Assembly (NCBI GenBank): GCA_951406725.2
Contig: OX597822.1
Coordinates: forward strand, 48,360,001 to 48,424,000
DNA length: 64,000 nucleotides
From: Octopus vulgaris
Taxonomy: Eukaryota
Reading direction: 5' to 3'
A program made the position numbers and the translations under genes. Of this stretch, positions 54,767 through 64,000 are shown piece by piece; positions within the stretch are counted from its first letter, which is position 1; each line of letters opens with the position of its first letter. The notes under the pieces are model-generated. The model had not been told where the DNA came from, searched no databases, and saw only the letters and a program-made list of their open reading frames with translations.

Positions 54767-55277
54767 TCAAATAGTTTTTATTCTTATTTGTTTAGTATTC
54801 TATTTTATTTGTCTTTCAGTCATTTATATTCACCATCACAATCATCATCACCACCACAACCACAACCACGGCCATTATCATCATCATTATCATCACCACC
54901 ACCACCACCACTACTACCACCACCACCATCACCACCACCACCACCAGGATGATGATGATCATCATCATCGGTATCATCATCTTTAATATCAACCGCTGCC
55001 AATCAAAGCAAGAGCGGGCACATTCGTGTGCGCTTGTGTATGTATGTGTGTATCTGTGCGTGCCTTTTTGTATGTATGTACGAATGCTTTGCAAGCGAGC
55101 ATACATATGCATGCATATAAACACATAATTAAATATGCGTGTCTATATACACACACACAAACAAGCAAGCAAGCAGAATTGCAGATTGGTAGTTACAGAG
55201 ATCTTAAGTGATAGATAGATTGGGAGAGAGAGAGAGAGAGAGAGAGAGGGGAGAGTCGGAGAGAGAGAGAGAGGGAG

Positions 55278-55363
<86 letters not shown>

Positions 55364-55811
55364 GGTAAGGGAGGGAGAGATGCAGCGGGGTTGAGATGTG
55401 CAATTTAGCGTTTCATGTGGTCGAGAATCCTTAAGAATGTAAATTAGTTTCCGTTTACGGTAAGGTTTGTTCCATCTTTTTCACAGTGTTGTACACTTTA
55501 ATGGCTTCACATCGCAACATACCCATTGATCTGGCAAAATAGAATGAAGCAACAGCAGCAGCAGCAGCCGCAGTAGCAGCCGCAGTAGCAGCCGCAGCAC
55601 CGCCATCACCACCACCACCACCACCACTACTGCCGCCACCACCACCACCTCTACAAATAATACTGCGTGGCACTCCGTTGGTTACGACGACGAGGGTTCC
55701 AGTTGATCCGACCAACGGAACAGCCTTCTCCTGAAATTAACGTGCACTCCACAGACACGTGTACCCTTAATGGCCATTTTACCGACATTCACCCACCTTC
55801 CAATAAATTTG

Positions 55812-56147
55812 CTACGAGAGAGCTTGATGGCACTCGAGGTGCCAAGCGCCCTTTCTCGGCCTGCGTTTGATCCAAGATTGCAGCTCTGTCAAAGAGACGA
55901 GCTGCGGAAAGTCGTGTCTGACGAAAAGCAACCACACCTGTTCACCGTCCAGGAAACGCTTGAGATGCCGTAGCCTGAGCGCATGTTTGCGCATCAGCAA
56001 CCATGGCATGCCAAGGCCTCTGTTCAGCGGCTGTTGACAGCAGATGGAGCGCCTGACCAGTGGTACCTGACCCTTCGACAGAAAGTCGAAGAGCAATCGC
56101 ACCAGCTTGGCCAACCAGCGGTCGGGACAAGGGACGACGGTCAAATA
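55812..56147 (-). pseudogene. L1/Tx1-clade LINE ORF2 internal fragment (post-RT region)
   Basis: YLTVVPCPDRWLAKLVRLLFDFLSKGQVPLVRRSICCQQPLNRGLGMP matches the L1/Tx1 F.W...P..GGLG.P region. Confidence 0.75.
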
Positions 56148-56256
56148 AAATGACAAAAGAATGAGACCTCGACATCATGTAAATAGAGGAATTTATATAT
56201 CCAGCAAGGCCGCAGTCAAATGACTGAAACAAATTAAAGAATAAAAGTACGCACAC

Positions 56257-56325
<69 letters not shown>

Positions 56326-56624
56326 GGACAATCTTTGTGATATGGAAAGATGGCTCATCTGGAAAAGTTTCTTAGACCCCACTCATGTCTACATTCAAGA
56401 ACTGAACGTTTTGTCTACATATGACAAAATACGTGTTACGGTTTTGGGCCCCACAAGATCGCGGATAGAACCTGCTTTTTTTTTTTATTATGTCCATGTA
56501 CAAGCCTTCCATGTGTCTTAACCTTAAAAAAAAATTATATACATTTTTTTTCATTTTTTTCCCTTTTTCAATTGTGTGTTTGTATACGCGTGTAAGAAAA
56601 ATGGAACTCGATACCGGAGGTAGA

Positions 56625-56722
56625 ATAATATTTTTTATTATTTAAGTTGCAAAAATATCACAAAAACTGCAGTTTTATGTTACTTTTTGTGATGGTTTTG
56701 TAGCTTAAATAATAAAGTATAT
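56625..56722. repeat. Imperfect inverted repeat
   Basis: TTTATTATTTAAGTTGCAAAAATATCACAAAAA / TTTTTGTGATGGTTTTGTAGCTTAAATAATAAA; left flank resembles 6018-6053. Confidence 0.75.
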
Positions 56723-56824
56723 TTCAATATATATATATATAAACTTCTGGAAAGTTTTACAGATTTTTACAGTTCCAGTGTTGGATTGGATTTGTAGTCT
56801 TCGAAGTAGCTTTCTCTTTGCTGG

Positions 56825-56858
<34 letters not shown>

Positions 56859-57104
56859 TGTATGTATGTATGTATGTATGTATGTATGTATGTATTTATG
56901 TATGTATGTATATTTGTATGTATGTATGTTTGTGTGCGCGTGTGTGTATGTATGTATGTATTTATTTCTGTGTGTGTGTGTCTGTGTGTGAACGTGAGTT
57001 CTTGTAGAAGAGTTAGATTATCTTCTCACCCCACCATTAAGGGCTTATCGCTTCTCTCTCTGCCCGTTGGGTAGTCTTAATTTTGCCAGACGTCGAATCA
57101 AGGC

Positions 57105-57166
<62 letters not shown>

Positions 57167-57659
57167 CGATGGACAGAGAAAGAGACCAACAGACTGATAG
57201 ACAATCAGACGGAGATTTACAGCGACTTTAACTCCTAGATGGCGCCTAGTACATGACTAAAAAATAAATAGTGGGGGGAAAAAAACGATGAAAGGAAACG
57301 AAAAGAGAAAATGAAAACTCGCAGATTAAATATTTCAGATAAATAATGAATGTTGAGCGATTGTTTATTTGAAAGACAGATTTGACTAAAACATGTATTA
57401 CAGTAGCTTTGGAGTAAAGTGGTGTTTGGCAGGAGAATCGTTCTGGAGGTGGTGCTAGTAGTAGTTGCGATGGTAGTGGTAGTGTTGTGGAAGTTCCGGT
57501 TGTAGTAGAGTTCCTGGTTTCTTGCAAGTTATAGCTATGTTTTGCTCAGTGCGATAGGATGTGTTTGATGTTGTTGTTTAGGCGAAGGCTAGTTTCGATA
57601 GAGTAGACCTATGGTCAAAGACGTTCCAACCGTGCCTATTCCATCCCTTTTTTTTTTTA

Positions 57660-57783
57660 TAGGCGAAGCTATGTGGTAAAAAGTTTGCTTACCAACCACA
57701 TGGTTCCGGGTTCAGTCTCACTACATAGCATCTTGGGCAAGTGTCGTCTACTATAGTAGACAGAAACTGAAAGAAGCTCGTCG

Positions 57784-57863
<80 letters not shown>

Positions 57864-58157
57864 AGGATAAGATGGTTATTTAAATATCAAGTTTTGGCTG
57901 CTATTTCAAGCGTGGTGGTATCTCTTAGACAACCTAAATTATTATAATGATATAGGTATGCATGTATTTGTGTGTCTGTGTTGACAACCGATGCTGGTGT
58001 GTTTACGTCCCTGTAACTTAGAGGTTTGGCAAAAGAGACCGATAGAATAGGTACTAGGCTTACAACAACTACGTCCTAGGCTTGATTTACTCGACTAAAG
58101 GCGATGCTCAAGCATGGCCGAGGTCAAAATGACCGAAACAACTAAAAGAATAAAAGA
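57660..58157 (+). mobile_element. SINE family B with internal insertion
   Basis: Head 57660-57785, tail 57965-58157. Confidence 0.8.
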
Positions 58158-59996
58158 ATATCTGGAAAAAGCTGGCACTGGCCCTCCGTCGGTTGCGACG
58201 ACGAGGGTTCCATTTCCTTCGATAAACATATATATATATATATATATATTTATATAGATATACACACACGTATGTGTGTGTTGTTGCTTTGTATGTATAT
58301 GTATACATACGTTATTGCTGTGTGCATATTAGATCTTGTGTGTATACACATTGTTGTAGTATATTTTAGTATTTGCAGTGTGTGTATGTACATGTGTGTA
58401 TATGTATGCGTGAATGTATGTGTATGTATGTATTTGTGTGTGTATGTATCTATATGTGTATGTATGTATATGTGTGTATATGTATGTATGTATGTATGTG
58501 CGTATGTACGTATGTATGCATGTGTGTATGCATGTATGTGTGTATGTATGTACGCATGTACATATGTGTGTATGTATGTATGTAAGTACGTATGTATGTA
58601 TGAATGTATGTATGTATGTATGTATGTATGCACTTATATGTATGTATATGTATGTACGCGTTTGAGTGTTGTATGTTGTGTGTTCATTTGTATATTATAA
58701 ATGATTGAATGTTGTGTGTATATATGTCGTTTCTCTTATTGATATATGTATGTAAATGGTTGTGTGTGTGTGTGTGGGGGGGTGTTTGTGTGTCTGACAA
58801 ATTGATAGGATTTTCCACAGAATATTAACTTTCATTAACAGGATAATTAATTGCTTTATCTCTCTCCCCTCCTCTCTCTTCCTCCTCTTTCTCTCCCCCT
58901 CTCCTCCTAGCTCTCTAAACACTATTTAGAGAGAAGACTCGGTGGTTAAATTTCTCCCCCACCACCACCTTAATAATTCACATAGACGCGTATAAGCATC
59001 CTCTCCTCCCTAAACAAGCCCCCCCCCCTTTCCGCTATTAATCGCCATCACCATCATCATCAACATCAAGCATCCTCGCCAAAAGCCAGCGACCGATCTT
59101 CAACGTGGTCTATCAACACGCTAGAAAGAGCAGTCAAATCGCTCCATTGCAGATGAAAGACGTATTAGATAATATAGCCTGATGTTTATTGTACATACGA
59201 ACAAGATGGTCACGATTGGAGGGCTTTTTAGTCATTGGCCTACTTGGTTGCACTGACCCTGAAGCTGAGCGAAAACATCTACAAATAACGAAAACTGGTC
59301 TTTTGTGGTCATTTGTCTCGCTCGAAATAGCAGCCAAAATTTCATAAATTATACCGTGACGTCTCAAAACTGTTCACAATTGGTAACATGGCCCTACACA
59401 CACACACACACAGACACACACACACACACGCACACACACACAGGTACACATACGCACATATATGCACACACATATATGCACACACACAAACGCACGCACA
59501 CATACACACAACACATATACAGATACACACAAACGCACGCAACCATACACACACAGACACACACACTCACAAGCACACATACACAAGACGTAAGAATGGT
59601 TCTGTAGTTAAGCTTGCTTGGTGACCATACGGTTCCAGGTTCAGTCCCACTAAGCGGCACCTTGGGCAACTGTTTTCTACCATAACCCCAGACCGACCAA
59701 TGCTTTGGGAGTTGGATTTCGTAGACGGAAAGACATCCCCTCTAGCTGGCTGATGACGAGTCAATACCCAGAAACTCGGGTTCGTATGTATTACGTTAGG
59801 CTGGAGATGGGAACGATGACTTCAATAGCCAGCTGGAAGAGATGTCTTCCTGGGGCTACAAGCTACAGCAGTATCAACCCTTAAGGGTTAGCCACATTTA
59901 GGTGGCAAATATACTTCACGATATATATATATATGTACAAACATAGACTCGATCTCTCGTCCTTACCTCAAAGCTCTGTGAATACGTAAATATATC

Positions 59997-60067
<71 letters not shown>

Positions 60068-60168
60068 CTATCTATTTAAATATGTATATATATACATATG
60101 TATATCTGTTATCTTTTACTTGTTTCATTCATTTTACCGTCTTCAAGATTTTTAGTAGAATAAATCGT

Positions 60169-60228
<60 letters not shown>

Positions 60229-60311
60229 TATTCATATGTGTGTGTGTGTGTATACGAAAGTGTGCCTAAAAAATCTGGCTTTAAGGTTATCGCGAATGAA
60301 TAAATCACGAT

Positions 60312-61573
60312 GGGTAAATTGTCGCCATTTTATATTTTTAATTTCGAGCATGTGCATTGTTTGTTTTTGATTTTGTCGACGATACAGTATAGTAGGGTCA
60401 GCTGGGCACCGTCTGTGAGAGAAACAGTACCATGACGCAATTCACTCTGCCAGAAATTTGGACCGGAAGCTCCTATACGAATATTTCAGAGTATTTGGGT
60501 GTCAATCTGTGGACAGTGAAGAGGAAATCGCGAAGAGAAGTGGATGAATCTAATGGTGATTACAATGGTACGGTATCTCGAAAAACTCAAGCTGATCGTT
60601 CTGATGAGGAAAAAAAACTCCGAATTTGTTGGTGAGATCCAGGGCATGATTGACAACGATCGCTCCAATTCAATGAGGTCCATCGCCAGGAACATAGGAG
60701 TGTCTGAGTTTCCTATCAGGTAGATAGGGAATGAAGACATTCGGTATTCCTCATACAAGATGAGAAAGGGCCAATTTTTATCCTAAGCCATCCTGGACAA
60801 GAGGAAAGACCGTACTACGAAGCTTTTAAACAAATTCAAGCATCCTCTCCAAACGAAAATACTTCGTATTTTTTCTCAGAAGAAAAAACTTTCTACCACG
60901 ATCAGATGGTGAACACACAGAACAAGCATTACGTTGCCGTGTCTCCAAGACATGTACTGAGAGTGATGGAAATCAAATATCCAATCAACATCATGGTGTT
61001 TGGAGCAATCACTAGTGATGGTGATGTTATGCCTACATTCATCTTCTCACTCGGCTTCACACTCAACATGGAGGCCAACATCAAGTGTCTGGAGGAAGAA
61101 GTGCTGCCCTGGGTGAAGAAGGTGGCTGCTGGAAAACCCTATGTCTGGCAACAGGACTCTGCACCATACCAAACAAGCAGTAGAACCCAATCATGGATGT
61201 CAGACAATTTCTGCGACCACATCGCCCCTAATATTTGACCACCTAGCTCCTCACAATGCAAACCCCTGACTGTGTGGGGCGCAGTTGAGCGAGAGACCAA
61301 CAAATCTCCTTGTAACACCAAAGATGAAATGAAGGCAAGGATTATGGCAGCATTCACCAACTTAAACAAGGAAACTGTCTAGAAGAGTTGCAGGAGATTC
61401 CGAAGTCGTCTGGAGGCCGTGGTTGAAGCCAATGGCGATTTTATTGAATAAATTTACTTATTAGTTTTCAAGATATTTTTATGTAATTTTGGTAAATGTA
61501 TCTGTCAAAATGAGATTTTATTTTTATTTTCATTTTTGAGTAATTTAGACAGCAATTGATTCACCGCACCCTG
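60312..61573 (+). mobile_element. Tc1/mariner DD37D (maT) transposon, decayed
   Basis: Right TIR ...GACAGCAATTGATTCACCGCACCCTG|TA; left TIR only partial (GGTAAATTGTCGCC). Confidence 0.85.
60432..61451 (+). pseudogene. DD37D transposase pseudogene
   Basis: MTQFTLPEIW.../FFSEEKTF.../IMVFGAITSDG...YVWQQDSAP...*PPSSSQCKPL; 37 residues follow the QQD Asp before the position of the third catalytic Asp; ends RLEAVVEANGDFIE*; several stops and frameshifts. Confidence 0.9.
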
Positions 61574-61586
61574 TACATAGACACAG

Positions 61587-61619
<33 letters not shown>

Positions 61620-61670
61620 AATACATACATATACATATATACATACATAGATACATACACGTATATATAT

Positions 61671-61715
<45 letters not shown>

Positions 61716-61834
61716 TATTCTCGAGCGTTAAATTAGTACACCTGTTGTTTATACACCTGTCTTCGTCTTTTTGTTTTTTTGTAAATTTCAACTATATATA
61801 CATTTATATGTATATACATGCATACATACATACT

Positions 61835-61908
<74 letters not shown>

Positions 61909-62027
61909 TGTGTGTGAGCGTGTGTGTGTGTATGTATGTATGTATATATGTAGCGATCAAGCCGCACGGTTTATTGCTAAATCCACAAGTTTTTTTTTAT
62001 CCTCTCTCTGTTTATTTTTTCTTATTC

Positions 62028-62063
62028 CTTTCTGTTCAAGAGCGTCAGCTCGAAACGTAAAAG
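62028..62063 (+). ncRNA. Decayed minimal hammerhead
   Basis: CTTT-CTGTTCA-A.GAGC.GTCA.GCTC-GAAA-CG-TA-AAAG; stems intact, core has two substitutions. Confidence 0.6.
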
Positions 62064-62204
62064 ACTTTCTCACTTAACCAAGCATCAACCTAATACACCT
62101 GCTTGTTGTTTATACACCTGTCTACGTCTTTTGTTTTTCTGTAAATTTCAGCTATGTATGTATGTATGTATGTATGTATGTATGTATGTATGTATGTATG
62201 TATG

Positions 62205-62248
<44 letters not shown>

Positions 62249-62378
62249 AATATAAGAGGGAATTTTTTAAACCATATATATATATATATAGCAAAGTAAC
62301 ATTAGAACGTACTGCACGAGTGAAAATATATAGGAAAGAGGATCTGAAAATGCAGAGATCTTTTAAAGATGTTTATTA

Positions 62379-62421
62379 ACTTGACCGGTTTCACTTTTTT
62401 AAAAAAAAGATTTTCGAAAGT
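62379..62421 (-). ncRNA. Decayed minimal hammerhead
   Basis: ACTT-TCGAAAA-...-GAAA-CCGG-TC-AAGT; palindromic ACCGGT, stem I intact, core eroded. Confidence 0.45.
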
Positions 62422-63383
62422 AAATTGCAAGGCTTTGTGTTACGTTTGTGGTGCTAAAACTTAGTTAACACAGATATATTAAAAAGAAAATGTTAAGAAA
62501 TAGAATGTTAGGAGAGCTTTGTGTTTAAGCATTTTTCATAAAAGTGTTTGAAATAGGCCTCGAGAAGTTGCCAAGAGTCTCAATATGTTAAAATCATACT
62601 ATCTTCCGGCGTGGAGCTTTGAAGTCGATACTTTACGCATTTGTATTTACTCTGATAAAGCTCCATGTACTAGATCGAATGTTCTATAAGGATGAAACAT
62701 ATTATTTTCGAAATTCTTTCATAAGCACCGACTGGCAACGGAAGCCGATACGGCCATAAGAACTGTTATGTTATGTGTTGTATTAAAAAATAATCAACCG
62801 TGTGGTCCAATTTGTCTGTTTGTTGATCAGAAGTTTTCTCCATTTCCTGATTATTTAAATTTGATTTCTAATAAACTTTTGTTTATTCTGTTGTTACCTG
62901 GACCCTACGAGCATAGTTTGCCTAAATACCCATGCCCAGAGATAGCACAGGTAACTGATATCGAGAGTAAATACGGATATTTTTATGCCTTAGTCGGTTA
63001 TTATAACCGCTAACTCTGCTTACCTTTATAGCCTTCTTTATAGACAGATACTTTATACCCAATTTACTACTCCTAAAATCTTGACAATATTTATGACCAT
63101 ACCTAGCCATGAGCTGTCAACTCACTCTTGCCCTTCATTCTAAACAGACTCAGTCCTCTAGGATTAGATTTAGTAGTTGATAAAAATACTAATAAATTAA
63201 AAAATGAACCACAATCCTTTACAAACTATGTCCCTAGTAAGTTTCATGCATTTCTTGCAAGTGTGATATATTCTTAGCTACAATAGCAACAAAATAGATT
63301 TCTTCCATGTTCGTGCTCTGTTAAAGTATTTGAGTAAAATTGTATTAATGTGTCCAACTGATTAAAATTCTAGTTATTTATTT

Positions 63384-63471
63384 GTGCAGCTGATGATAGC
63401 CCTGCATTTAATTTGATGTAATGATTGCATTGTTCAATTAAAAGGTGCCGCTTGAAACGGTCGTACTGCAT
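63384..63471 (+). ncRNA. Type I hammerhead with long stem II
   Basis: GTGCAG-CTGATGA-T.AGC...TTTAATT...AATTAAA...GCT.T-GAAA-CG.GT.CG-TA-CTGCAT. Confidence 0.85.
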
Positions 63472-63498
63472 CACTTCTTGATATCCTGTTGCCTATTT

Positions 63499-63534
<36 letters not shown>

Positions 63535-63587
63535 GTTTATATATTTGTTGCGCAAGATTTTTTATGTGAAGTCGTGTGTTGAAACAG

Positions 63588-63809
63588 ATATTGTTATATT
63601 TCGGAATGGTCATTTTGCCAGTTTAGCCAATAAGAAAGAAGAAAACAAAGGACCACTGATGCGGTCACAGGGGTGTGACGAAAGAACTCTGGCCGAAATA
63701 AGATTAAGATTAATGTAAAAAATAAATAACACTGAAGCAAAATAACACCAAATATATAGTGCGTGGTGTTTTTATTGGCTAAACTGGCAAAATGACCATT
63801 CCGAAATAT

Positions 63810-63817
<8 letters not shown>
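63588..63817. repeat. Element with ~46-bp perfect inverted arms
   Basis: ATATTGTTATATTTCGGAATGGTCATTTTGCCAGTTTAGCCAATAA / TTATTGGCTAAACTGGCAAAATGACCATTCCGAAATATAACAATAT. Confidence 0.9.
63651..63694 (+). ncRNA. Hammerhead motif (A9C variant) between the inverted arms
   Basis: GACCA-CTGATGC-G.GTCACA.GGGG.TGTGAC-GAAA-G.AA.C-TC-TGGCC. Confidence 0.65.
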
Positions 63818-63865
<48 letters not shown>

Positions 63866-64000
63866 TTCAAAGGATTTCCAACTCTGTTTTTTTATGTTTT
63901 ATTTATATTCTTTTTTAATATTAATGTAGAATATAGAATATATAGTATAAATAATATATATATAGTAAAATGAAATAAAGTATTGATTGTCTTATTGAAT

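Overview
AT-rich, microsatellite-saturated eukaryotic DNA, most likely a coleoid cephalopod (Octopus-like), judged from the SINE families and repeat style. No host protein-coding gene can be supported, so this looks intergenic or deep-intronic. Almost all long ORFs in the track are microsatellite artefacts. The recognisable coding content is transposon-derived: a young 5'-truncated CR1/L2-group LINE RT (3923-5910, minus strand), Penelope-like (PLE) GIY-YIG/RT remnants, RTE, L1/Tx1, R4/Dong-like and CR1 fragments, a decayed DD37D (maT) transposon, several MITEs and more than 30 tRNA-derived SINE copies. The main structure the ORF track misses is about 18-19 type I hammerhead ribozyme (HHR) motifs, from intact to decayed, on both strands and from many unrelated families. 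Many have palindromic stem III and sit in short non-coding elements inserted into (TA)n/(CA)n tracts, often with inverted-repeat arms. This fits a diverse population of non-autonomous, Penelope-mobilised ribozyme elements. It includes a candidate tRNA-headed HHR element and a pair of HHR-bearing direct repeats bracketing the intact LINE RT. All calls are by eye and the coordinates of decayed repeats are approximate.
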